From assembly GCA_000002435.2 (NCBI GenBank), contig AACB03000006.1: 17,561 nt of DNA; one strand, 5' to 3'. Below, one piece after another: positions 1 to 8,540 of the stretch. The notes beneath the pieces were generated by a model, which was not told where the DNA came from, searched no databases, and was given only the letters and a program-made list of their open reading frames with translations. The translations under genes and the position numbers were made by a program. The stretch comes from Giardia intestinalis (Eukaryota). How positions within the stretch are numbered: position 1 is the stretch's first letter; every line of letters begins with the position of its first letter.

Positions 1-837
1 AGGCCGTGGGGTCCTCGCAGGCCTTTGTGCACTTCACCGGATTGGTTCCCTCCTTGCGATAGTTGGACTTGCAATCGGTGCATGTAGGGGTTAGGCCGCT
101 GTTACATTGGGAGCACCCCTCGATGCCATTGTCGGCTTACTGTCGCAGGCGAAGCACTTACCAGCAGAGCCGGGTTGTTTCATGAAGAATCCAGGCTTGC
201 ATTTAGTGCACTGATCATTGCCAGCAGCAGAGCATGTAGCACAGTTGGCACCGCAAGCTGTGCATGTATCAGAACCAAAGTATCCGTCGAGGCAAGCTGA
301 GCAGGTCGGCTTGGCTCCGTTCTTCTTACACGTTTTACAATTAGCAATCCCCTTGTCGTTTGCTTCTGTTCCTGTTGTTGTATCACTGCATAATATGCAC
401 TTGGTGCTATCATCACTCAGAAAGTGGGATCCGTCGACGTTATCTGTTGCGCACCCAGCATCATCGACGCAAGTGGTTGTCCCATCCAGCTCTGTCTTCA
501 CCTTCTTATTGTTACAGGCGGTGCACTGGGGCTTGCTGACAGTCGTGTTGTACTCACACGCGGTGCAATCTGCTATACCAGACTCCTTGCATGTCATTGT
601 CATAGGGTCAGCATAAGTGTTTCCAGTGCATCCATCACTATTCACGCATGCATTATCCTTCAGGAACGTATTTCCCTTACAAGAGGTACACTGGGTCGCC
701 GATGTCTCACAGGTCAGACAAGTACCATCACATTTGGTACATGCCTGAGAGTCCATGTAGTACCCATCTTGACACTCGGTGCACGTGGCCGCTCCTGTAT
801 TGCCACCAGGTGCCGTGCACTTGAGACAGTTGGCCAC
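1..837 (-). CDS. VSP-type cysteine-rich surface protein cassette, partial (its N-terminal ~279 codons; the C-terminus runs off the window start)
   Basis: The protein [27 protein letters not shown]... is identical to the N-terminal half of the 10506..12098 protein, and this copy sits at the 11260-bp offset. It is CXXC-rich. The first codon is GTG, not ATG. A 1-nt T-run difference at ~137 (tt here versus ttt at 11397) closes the ORF at 91, either a real frameshift or a read error. Confidence 0.7.
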
Positions 838-989
838 TCCCTTGTTCCATTCGCTCCTGTGGCATCATGACAGAGTATGCACTCCCCACCAGGGGTCACC
901 TTGTCTGCCCCATTCTGGAATATGTACTGACTATCTGTATTACAAGCAGTGCATACTCCATTACTGGCCTGTGTGCATATCACACTCCA

Positions 990-1040
990 CTATCATACTA
1001 TCACCCTCTATCACACATTGTACAGCATTCACTACCCAAG
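990..1040 (-). repeat. Inter-cassette junction element (a CTATCAC/GTGATAG short-repeat block plus the polyA signal)
   Basis: + strand: ctatcatactatcaccctctatcacacattgtacagcattcactacccaag. It includes the rc of AGTGAAT at 1027..1033, 7 nt past the stop of 1041..2660. It ends in an in-frame TAG (cta at 990..992) followed by ..TGG AGT GTG ATA TGC, which starts the next cassette. Confidence 0.75.
1027..1033 (-). promoter_or_regulatory. Putative polyadenylation signal AGTGAAT (Giardia AGTRAAY consensus)
   Basis: attcact on the + strand, 7 nt 3' of the TGA of 1041..2660. The same heptamer recurs at a fixed distance after every cassette stop: 2842..2848, 4753..4759, 6679..6685, 8592..8598, 10406..10412, 12287..12293, 14102..14108 and 16013..16019. 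Confidence 0.7.
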
Positions 1041-2660
1041 TCACGCCTTCCCCCTGCACACGAACCACCAGCAGAGGAAGCCCACGAGGCCCCCCACGAC
1101 AGCGACCACAGCGACGGAGATCCCCGCGATGGCCCCCGTGGAGAGCCCGCTCCTGTTGGCGCCAGAGGACACACAGGAGGCCCCACTGCTGTCTAGGCTG
1201 AAGCCACTGTTGCACTCCTCACACACATCATCCACCACACAGCTCTTGCAATCACCCACAGAGCATGTCACACACCCACTGCCGTCCTTGTTGGGCACCT
1301 TACCACTGTCACAGGCAGTACACACAGCGGCAGCCATACCAACTGTTGTTAGAGCTGCTGGGGCTGTACACTGGGAGCAGCCATGTACCCCCACATATGC
1401 CTTAGCGGTACCTTGAGGATCTACTAGTGTGCCTAGGGGGTTACTACATGCCAACACGGACTGCTGAGCATTGGATGCCCCTGGTACCAGGAAGTACTTA
1501 TTATTCTCATTAACAGCGGTACAGACACCGTTGGCTGCTGTCTTGCACATATGTTGTCCAGGTGGACTCTGAGTGCTATAACAACCACCCATATATAAGA
1601 AATATCCTGTAGTACAAGACTCACAGACATGGTTGTTACAAGTATTACTTTGAGCCTCACTAGCACAGAGACCATCTATAGGATACTTACTGCTATCCCC
1701 ACAGTATGAACAGTAGTGCTTTGTGGTGCCCTGATCATCTATTATCATGGCATCACAAGCACCAGAGGTACCCCCACAGGCAGTATCATCTTCACATACC
1801 TTTGTACATGTAACAGGACTGGTACCACTCTGCTTGCGATAGTTCACCTTACAGTCAGTACACTTGAAAGTACTGGCCTCCATTGTGCATTGGGAGCACC
1901 CCTCGATGCCCCCATTGTTTGTGTCATCGCAGGCGAAGCATTCTCCAGGAGTGCTACTGACCTTCAGGAAGAACCCGGTCTTGCAGGTTTGGCATTTGGT
2001 CTTGTCAGCTTTTTCAGAACATGTGGCACAGTTAGCACCACAGGCCTCACACGTGGCGGCAGGGCCATTTCCTTCTTTGATATACCCTTCGAGGCATTCT
2101 ATGCATTCTGGTTTCTGACTTTGCTGCTTAGTACATGTCTTGCAGCCGGCAATGCCTTTGTTCTTTGGTTCTGAATCCGACGCTGCGGGATCACTGCACA
2201 AACGACACACGTTGTCTTCGGTCATAAAGAGACCGTTATCAGCTCCTTGACACCCGGCGTAGTCTTTTGTCACACAGGTCGAGGTCCCATCAAGGGTCGT
2301 CCTGGGGGTCTTATTGGTCCCGCAGTTGGTGCACCTTGGCTTCCCCGTGGCATCATTATATTCACATGCGGTGCACCCAGCTATGTCGGGATCACATGCC
2401 TTGCAGGTCCAGGTCTTCTTGTCTGCGTACTTATCAGCACCACATTCAGTAGCCTCTACACAAGTGTTACCATCCTTCAGGAACTTCCCCTCAACGCAGG
2501 CGGTACACTGAGTCGGAGTATCAGCTGAGCAAGCAGAGCAGCCGTCTCCGCACTTCACACATGCACTGTCCTTCGTAACGAACCCTGCTTGACACTCTGT
2601 ACACGTGGCCGGTCCGCTAGTGCCCGTGTGGGAGCATTCTGAGCATCCAGCGACTCCCAT
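1041..2660 (-). CDS. Variant-specific surface protein (VSP), 539 aa
   Basis: The ORF is full of CXXC motifs and contains the FLYMGGCY (GGCY) motif. Its C-terminal hydrophobic helix is [30 protein letters not shown], followed by TGA. The rc of AGTGAAT lies 7 nt beyond the stop at 1027..1033. The ATG at 2658..2660 is real, but in-frame VSP-like codons ([44 protein letters not shown]) continue 48 codons upstream to a TAG at 2805..2807 with no ATG. No signal peptide is present. Confidence 0.85.
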   Translation of the reverse strand: MGVAGCSECSHTGTSGPATCTECQAGFVTKDSACVKCGDGCSACSADTPTQCTACVEGKFLKDGNTCVEATECGADKYADKKTWTCKACDPDIAGCTACEYNDATGKPRCTNCGTNKTPRTTLDGTSTCVTKDYAGCQGADNGLFMTEDNVCRLCSDPAASDSEPKNKGIAGCKTCTKQQSQKPECIECLEGYIKEGNGPAATCEACGANCATCSEKADKTKCQTCKTGFFLKVSSTPGECFACDDTNNGGIEGCSQCTMEASTFKCTDCKVNYRKQSGTSPVTCTKVCEDDTACGGTSGACDAMIIDDQGTTKHYCSYCGDSSKYPIDGLCASEAQSNTCNNHVCESCTTGYFLYMGGCYSTQSPPGQHMCKTAANGVCTAVNENNKYFLVPGASNAQQSVLACSNPLGTLVDPQGTAKAYVGVHGCSQCTAPAALTTVGMAAAVCTACDSGKVPNKDGSGCVTCSVGDCKSCVVDDVCEECNSGFSLDSSGASCVSSGANRSGLSTGAIAGISVAVVAVVGGLVGFLCWWFVCRGKA

Positions 2661-2804
2661 GACCCCGTTTCTATCTGTCGTATCAGAGCACAGTATGCAC
2701 TCACTACCCTTCTCTGGTGTTGCAGCCGGGTTCTTGAACAGGCCGTTATCTGCCTTACAAGCAGTGCACAGTCCTCCCTCAGCCTTTGTGCATATCTCAC
2801 TCCA

Positions 2805-2855
2805 CTATCATACTATCACCCTCTATCACACATTGTACAGCATTCACTACCCAAG
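2805..2855 (-). repeat. Inter-cassette junction element
   Basis: It is the same conserved ~51-bp element. The polyA signal rc is at 2842..2848, 7 nt past the stop at 2856. The TAG is at 2805..2807. Confidence 0.75.
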
Positions 2856-4697
2856 TCACGCCTTCCCTCTACATATGAACCACCAGCAGAGGAAGCCGAC
2901 GAGGCCCCCCACGACAGCGATGACAGCGACGGAGATCCCTGCTATGGCACCAGTACTGAGGCCGCTCTTGTTGGTGCCAGAGGACGCACAGGAGGTCCCA
3001 CTGCTGTCAGGGCTGTATCCATCGTTGCACACACAGACAGAGTCGGTGTCAGTGGAGTTGCTGGGGCAGCTATCCACGCATGACTTCCTTCCAGGGCTCA
3101 CCTTCTTACCACTACTGCATGCCTCGCACATGTTGTCCATATCACAGTGCGAGCATCCACTAACGGTACATGGGAAGCACCCGCTCCCAGCCAGGTTGGG
3201 CTTGTTGTTGTTGGTACACGCTGTACACACAGCAGCAGTCATACCAGTCTCAGATGGAGCTGTTGGGGCCGTGCATGCTGAGCAGTTGAGTACCCCAACG
3301 TATGCCTTAGAGGTATCACCAGTGCCTACTAGTGTGCCAAGGGAGTTGCTACATGCTAATACAGACTGATTCTGATTGGTTGCCCCAGGGACTACGAAGT
3401 ACCTATTGTTGGCATTAACAGCAGTACAGACACCGTTGGCTGCTGTCTTGCACATATGTTGTCCAGGTACTGTATCAACCTTGTAACAACCTCCCATATA
3501 CAAGAAGTAGTTGTTAGTGCATTGTGTACATACACCTTGATCACATTGATTATTTGCTTTAGCACTATTACACTTCCCATCTATAGGATACGTATTAGCT
3601 TCTCCACAGTATGAGCAATAATGATGCTCTACACCCTTATCATCAATCACTATTGCATCGCAGGCACCAGAAGTTCCTCCACAGGCAGTATCATCTTCAC
3701 AGATCTTGGTGCATGTGACAGAGCCAGTACTGCCCTCCTTGCGATAGTTAGGCTTACAGTCAGTGCACTTGAAAGCACCGTTGTTAGAGCAGACACTGCA
3801 GCCTTCGCGACCCTTATCGTCTACGCTATCGCATGGGACGCACTTCTTCCCCTGTTGATCTGTAGTAGTTACTAAGAAGTATCCAGTCTTGCAGGTTTCA
3901 CACTTATTTGGATCACCAGCAACAGAGCATGTGGCACAGTTATCACCACACTTGTCTGTACATGTACTAGTACCACTATCAAAGAAGTATCCATCGAGAC
4001 AGGCTGAGCAGGTTGGATTGTCACTTCCTGTTTTCGTACATGTCTTGCAGTTGGCCTTTCCTTCGTTACCAAGAGTTGAATCTGTCACATCACTACAAAG
4101 AGCACACGTTTTGTCCTCCTTCATAAATAAGGCCTCGTCAGCGCCCTCGCATCCTTCAAGCGTCTTCGCCACGCAGGTCGATGTCCCGTCGAGGGCCGTC
4201 CTGGGGGTCTTATTGGTCCCGCAGTTAGTGCACTTCGGCTTCCCCGTGGCCTTGTCGAAGGAGCATGCCGTGCACTCTGCGTGTATCGTACTACATGCCT
4301 TGCATGTTCCCGACTCCGGGTCAGCATAAGTGTTTCCATCGCATCCAGTATCTTGTACACATTGATTACTCTTCAGGTACTTCCCCTCTGGGCACGATGT
4401 ACAATGATTCTGACCACTTCCATCGCAGGTCAGACAAGCTTCATTACATTTGACACATGTCTGAGAGTTCTTGTAGTATCCATCTTGGCACTCTGTACAC
4501 GTGGCAGGTCCTGGACTACTGTCTGACTTGGTACACTGTGCGCAGTTAGCCACCCCTGTATATCCATCTGCCCCATTGACATCATGACAGAGGATGCACT
4601 CACTACCAGGCTTCTGAGGTGTAACTGGGTTCTTGAACAGGCCGTTAGCTGTCTTACAAGCAGTGCACACTCCATCACTGGCTGCTGTGCATATCAC
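2856..4697 (-). CDS. Variant-specific surface protein (VSP), 613 codons. The ORF begins at GTG directly after the junction TAG, and the first in-frame ATG is ~190 codons in
   Basis: It has CXXC repeats, the GGCY motif, and the tail [17 protein letters not shown] followed by TGA. The first codon at 4695..4697 is cac on the + strand, which is GTG on the gene strand. The upstream in-frame sequence reads TAG TGG AGT (..*WS). The polyA signal is at 4753..4759 for the upstream neighbour and 2842..2848 for this gene. Confidence 0.8.
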   Translation of the reverse strand: MICTAASDGVCTACKTANGLFKNPVTPQKPGSECILCHDVNGADGYTGVANCAQCTKSDSSPGPATCTECQDGYYKNSQTCVKCNEACLTCDGSGQNHCTSCPEGKYLKSNQCVQDTGCDGNTYADPESGTCKACSTIHAECTACSFDKATGKPKCTNCGTNKTPRTALDGTSTCVAKTLEGCEGADEALFMKEDKTCALCSDVTDSTLGNEGKANCKTCTKTGSDNPTCSACLDGYFFDSGTSTCTDKCGDNCATCSVAGDPNKCETCKTGYFLVTTTDQQGKKCVPCDSVDDKGREGCSVCSNNGAFKCTDCKPNYRKEGSTGSVTCTKICEDDTACGGTSGACDAIVIDDKGVEHHYCSYCGEANTYPIDGKCNSAKANNQCDQGVCTQCTNNYFLYMGGCYKVDTVPGQHMCKTAANGVCTAVNANNRYFVVPGATNQNQSVLACSNSLGTLVGTGDTSKAYVGVLNCSACTAPTAPSETGMTAAVCTACTNNNKPNLAGSGCFPCTVSGCSHCDMDNMCEACSSGKKVSPGRKSCVDSCPSNSTDTDSVCVCNDGYSPDSSGTSCASSGTNKSGLSTGAIAGISVAVIAVVGGLVGFLCWWFICRGKA

Positions 4698-4703
4698 ACT
4701 CCA

Positions 4704-4766
4704 CTATCACACATTATCACCCACTATCACCTTCTATCACCCATTGTACAGCATTCACTACCCAAG
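4704..4766 (-). repeat. Inter-cassette junction element (a longer variant with extra CTATCAC-like units)
   Basis: + strand: ctatcacacattatcacccactatcaccttctatcacccattgtacagcattcactacccaag. The polyA signal rc is at 4753..4759. The TAG is at 4704..4706. Confidence 0.75.
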
Positions 4767-6497
4767 TCACGCCTTCCCCCTGCACACGAACCACCAGCAG
4801 AGGAAGCCCACGAGGCCCCCCACGACAGCGATGACAGCCACGGAGATCCCCGCGACGGCCCCCGTGGAGAGCCCGCTCCTGTTGGTGCCAGAGGACACAC
4901 ACATGCCATCCCTCGGGACATAGCCCTCCTCGCACTCCCCGCAGACGCCCTCTGCGCTGCACCGCATGCACCTCTCTATGTCACAGACAATGCACTGGGT
5001 GCCGTCCAGGCTGGGTCTCTGGTCTTTATTGGTACATGCCTCACACTTGTTGTCTGCGCTGCAGTGAGAGCAGCCCTGGGCCGGACACACATAGCAGGTG
5101 CTTCCAGCCATGTTGGGCTTCTTATTGTCCTCAGCACACACCTCGCACATCCCGTCGATGGCGCAGCTCTTGCACCCGCCGACCGCACACAGGGTGCACC
5201 CGCTGCCATCCTTGTTGGGCTTCTTCGTCTTGTCGCACGCACTACAGACCGCCGCGGCCATCGCATTGGCGGCTGGCGCCTGCGGGGCCGCGCACGCCGT
5301 GCAGTCTAGCACGCCGACGTACGCCTTGTCGCCCGCGGTCGCTCCCACAGGGTTGCCACAGGCAAGCACGGACTGCTGAGCAGCAGAGTCCCCAGGAATC
5401 TTGAAGTAGCGCCCGACCGGTGTGGTGCAGAACCCACTTGGAGCCGCAGAGCACATGAGGTTGCCAGGAGCCTTCGACACATCATAGCAACCACCCATAT
5501 AGAGGAAGTAGTTGTTGGTGCACCGCGTACATACGCCATCGGCGCAGGTATTACCTGCAAGTGCATTGGTGCACTTCCCATTAATAGGGCCATAGCCGGC
5601 GCCAACACACTTTGAACAGTAAGAGAGCATGCTGCCGTCGTTGCCGACCACGATGGCGTCGCAGGCCCCTGCTGTCCCTCCACATGCAGTCTCATCTTCA
5701 CAGGTCTTTGTACATGTGAGGTCGCTAGGTTCTCCGCTGGGTCTGTAGTTGGGCTTACATTCAGTGCATTTGAGGGACCCCACGCCGCCTGTGCACTCGG
5801 CACAGCCTGGAATCCCACTTGTCTCGTCATCACAGAGAACGCATGTCTTAGGCGGGCCATCCTTAAGGAAGTACCCCGGCATGCATCTTGTACATGTGTT
5901 GATTTGACCCGCTGTTCCGCACTCTGCGCAGTTTCCTGTGCAGGCCTCGCAGGCGTTTCCGTTGACTTTATACCCGTCGACACAAGCCTCGCAGGTGCCT
6001 TTTGCGGTGCACAGCTTGCAGTTCTGGACTCCGCCCTTACCATTGTCGCCGCACTGCACGCACTTCGAGGCGTCGTAGAAGTGCGTCTTGCCCACTTTGC
6101 ACTCGGCCTCATCAACACAGGTCGTTGTCCCATCCAGCTCGTCTCTGACCGTCTTACTACCGCAGTCGGTGCACTTCGGCTTTCCCGTGGCGTCGTCGTA
6201 TGCACACGCGGTGCATCCTTGTATCTCACTGCAGGCCTTACAGGTCCAGGTCTTCTTGTCCGCATAGTTACCATTGTCACATCCACCAGCATCTACACAA
6301 GTGTTACCATCCTTCAGGTACTTCCCCTCAACGCAGGCGGTACACTGAGTCGGAGTATCAGCTGAGCAAGCAGAGCAGCCGTCTCCGCACTTCACACATG
6401 CACTGTCCTTCGTAACGAACCCTGCTTGACACTCTGTACACGTGGCCGGTCCGCTAGTGCCCGTGTGGGAGCATTCTGAGCATCCAGCGACTCCCAT
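4767..6497 (-). CDS. Variant-specific surface protein (VSP), 576 aa
   Basis: Its N-terminal 58 aa are identical to those of the 1041..2660 protein and the middle is divergent. It carries the CRGKA tail. The same 48-codon ATG-less in-frame extension continues upstream to 6642..6644. The polyA signal is at 4753..4759. Confidence 0.85.
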   Translation of the reverse strand: MGVAGCSECSHTGTSGPATCTECQAGFVTKDSACVKCGDGCSACSADTPTQCTACVEGKYLKDGNTCVDAGGCDNGNYADKKTWTCKACSEIQGCTACAYDDATGKPKCTDCGSKTVRDELDGTTTCVDEAECKVGKTHFYDASKCVQCGDNGKGGVQNCKLCTAKGTCEACVDGYKVNGNACEACTGNCAECGTAGQINTCTRCMPGYFLKDGPPKTCVLCDDETSGIPGCAECTGGVGSLKCTECKPNYRPSGEPSDLTCTKTCEDETACGGTAGACDAIVVGNDGSMLSYCSKCVGAGYGPINGKCTNALAGNTCADGVCTRCTNNYFLYMGGCYDVSKAPGNLMCSAAPSGFCTTPVGRYFKIPGDSAAQQSVLACGNPVGATAGDKAYVGVLDCTACAAPQAPAANAMAAAVCSACDKTKKPNKDGSGCTLCAVGGCKSCAIDGMCEVCAEDNKKPNMAGSTCYVCPAQGCSHCSADNKCEACTNKDQRPSLDGTQCIVCDIERCMRCSAEGVCGECEEGYVPRDGMCVSSGTNRSGLSTGAVAGISVAVIAVVGGLVGFLCWWFVCRGKA

Positions 6498-6641
6498 GAC
6501 CCCGTTTCTATCTGTCGTATCAGAGCACAGTATGCACTCACTACCCTTCTCTGGTGTTGCATCAGGGTTCTTGAACAGGCCGTTAGCTGTCTTACAAGCA
6601 GTGCACAGTCCTCCCTCAGCCTTTGTGCATATCTCACTCCA

Positions 6642-6692
6642 CTATCATACTATCACACACTATCACCCATTGTATAGCATTCACTACCCAAG
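6642..6692 (-). repeat. Inter-cassette junction element
   Basis: + strand: ctatcatactatcacacactatcacccattgtatagcattcactacccaag. The polyA signal rc is at 6679..6685. Confidence 0.75.
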
Positions 6693-8540
6693 TCACGCCT
6701 TCCCCCTGCACACGAACCACCAGCAGAGGAAGCCCACGAGGCCCCCCACGACAGCGATGACAGCCACGGAGATCCCTGCTATGGCACCAGTACTGAGGCC
6801 GCTTCTGTTGCCCCCGCTGGGCTTGGTGGACACGCACGCCTCACCCTCCAGCCTGTAGTCGTCCCCACACTGGCCGCACTTGTTCTCCTCGCTGCACCTG
6901 ACGCACCCGTCGATATTGCAGGCGATGCACTTCGTTCCGTCTGTGTTCGGCCTCTGGTCTTTACTGGTACAGGCCTCGCACTTACCGCCTGCTCCACAGT
7001 GCGAGCATCCGTCAACGGTACATGCGAAGCACCCGCTCCCAGCCAGGTTGGGCTTGTTGTTGTTGGTACACGCTGTACACACAGCAGCAGTCATACCAGT
7101 CTCAGACAGAGCTGTTGGGGCCGTGCATGCCGAACAGCCATCTACCCCCACATATGCCTTAGAGGTATCACCAGTGCCTACTAGTGTGCCAAGGGAGTTG
7201 CTACATGCCAATACAGACTGATTCTGATTGGTTGCCCCAGGGACTATGAAGTACCTATTGTTGGCATTAACAGCGGTACAGACACCGTTGGCTGCTGTCT
7301 TGCACATATGTTGTCCAGGTACTGTATCAACCTTGTAACAACCTCCCATATACAAGAAGTAGTTGTTAGTGCATTGTGTACATACACCTTGATCACATTG
7401 ATTATTTGCTTTAGCACTATTACACTTCCCATCTATAGGATACGTATTAGCTTCTCCACAGTATGAGCAATAATGATGCTCTACACCCTTATCATCAATC
7501 ACTATTGCATCGCAGGCACCAGAAGTTCCTCCACAGGCAGTATCATCTTCACAGATCTTGGTGCATGTGACAGAGCCAGTACTGCCCTCCTTGCGATAGT
7601 TAGGCTTACAGTCAGTGCACTTGAAAGCACCGTTGTTAGAGCAGACACTGCAGCCTTCGCGACCCTTATCGTCTACGCTATCGCATGGGACGCACTTCTT
7701 CCCCTGTTGATCTGTAGTAGTTACTAAGAAGTATCCAGTCTTGCAGGTTTCACACTTATTTGGATCACCAGCAACAGAGCATGTGGCACAGTTATCACCA
7801 CACTTGTCTGTACATGTACTAGTACCACTATCAAAGAAGTATCCATCGAGACAGGCTGAGCAGGTTGGATTGTCACTTCCTGTTTTCGTACATGTCTTGC
7901 AGTTGGCCTTTCCTTCGTTACCAAGAGTTGAATCTGTCACATCACTACAAAGAGCACACGTTTTGTCCTCCTTCATAAATAAGGCCTCGTCAGCGCCCTC
8001 GCATCCTTCAAGCGTCTTCGCCACGCAGGTCGATGTCCCGTCGAGGGCCGTCCTGGGGGTCTTATTGGTCCCGCAGTTAGTGCACTTCGGCTTCCCCGTG
8101 GCCTTGTCGAAGGAGCATGCCGTGCACTCTGCGTGTATCGTACTACATGCCTTGCATGTTCCCGACTCCGGGTCAGCATACTTATCATTACCACAGCTAT
8201 CAGTACATTGATTCCCATTGAGGTACTTCCCCTCTGGACACGATGTGCACTGGGTCGCCGATGTCTCACAGGTGGCACAGTTCCCCTCGCATGGCTTACA
8301 AAGCTTGTTGTTTAGGAAGTACCCCTCTTGACAGGTATTACACGTGGCAGGTCCTGCATTCCCTGGTGCCGTACACTTGAGACAGTTGGCCACTCCCGTA
8401 TATCCATTCGCTCCCTTGATATCAGAGCACAAGATGCACTCCCCACCAGGAGTCACCTTGTCTGCCCTGTTCTGGAATATGTACTTGTTATCTGTCTTAC
8501 AAGCAGTGCACAGTCCATTACTGGCCTTTGTACATATCAC
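6693..8540 (-). CDS. Variant-specific surface protein (VSP), 615 codons, a mosaic paralogue
   Basis: The central ~350 aa (…CKACSTIHAECTACSFDKATGKPKCTNCGTNKTPRTALDGTSTCVAK… through …AYVGV) are essentially identical to 2856..4697. The C-terminal ~100 aa match the C-terminus of 10506..12098. The N-terminus is unique. It carries the CRGKA tail. The first codon is GTG, preceded by an in-frame TAG at 8547..8549. Confidence 0.8.
   Translation of the reverse strand: MICTKASNGLCTACKTDNKYIFQNRADKVTPGGECILCSDIKGANGYTGVANCLKCTAPGNAGPATCNTCQEGYFLNNKLCKPCEGNCATCETSATQCTSCPEGKYLNGNQCTDSCGNDKYADPESGTCKACSTIHAECTACSFDKATGKPKCTNCGTNKTPRTALDGTSTCVAKTLEGCEGADEALFMKEDKTCALCSDVTDSTLGNEGKANCKTCTKTGSDNPTCSACLDGYFFDSGTSTCTDKCGDNCATCSVAGDPNKCETCKTGYFLVTTTDQQGKKCVPCDSVDDKGREGCSVCSNNGAFKCTDCKPNYRKEGSTGSVTCTKICEDDTACGGTSGACDAIVIDDKGVEHHYCSYCGEANTYPIDGKCNSAKANNQCDQGVCTQCTNNYFLYMGGCYKVDTVPGQHMCKTAANGVCTAVNANNRYFIVPGATNQNQSVLACSNSLGTLVGTGDTSKAYVGVDGCSACTAPTALSETGMTAAVCTACTNNNKPNLAGSGCFACTVDGCSHCGAGGKCEACTSKDQRPNTDGTKCIACNIDGCVRCSEENKCGQCGDDYRLEGEACVSTKPSGGNRSGLSTGAIAGISVAVIAVVGGLVGFLCWWFVCRGKA

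Larger units (their letters stand above)
1..6301. repeat. First copy of an 11,260-bp higher-order tandem repeat unit (a partial unit)
   Basis: 1..6301 aligns with 11261..17561 at a constant 11260 offset, with transient ±1 shifts at the indels near 137 and 876. The encoded proteins 1041..2660 versus 12301..13920 and 2856..4697 versus 14116..15957 are 100% identical. Confidence 0.9.

Noticed and set aside
2661-2855. Searched the junction and upstream frames for a hidden ATG followed by a hydrophobic signal peptide or an AT-rich Giardia initiator
   Set aside because: The only ATGs in the junction (GTATGATAG, GATATGCAC) are followed by stops within 4-5 codons. No hydrophobic leader appears in any frame. 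This supports the leaderless-cassette interpretation rather than a missed start.
2856-4697. The 'M' at the start of several ORF-track proteins (MICTAASDG, MICTKASNG, MANCLKC, MICTQASNG)
   Set aside because: The underlying codon is GTG (cac on the + strand at 4695..4697, 8538..8540, 12096..12098 and 981..983), not ATG. The ORF track allows alternative starts. These are not evidence of translation initiation sites.
5306-6292. Minus-strand 328-aa Arg/Ala/Thr-rich ORF, and the recurring MRYAQRLREDCALLVRQ... 81-aa ORFs at 2555..2800, 6392..6637, 10119..10364 and 13815..14060
   Set aside because: They are alternative frames of the same strand inside or just upstream of VSP cassettes. The CXXC periodicity is in the other frame. 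The 81-aa ORFs start on GTG inside the junction.
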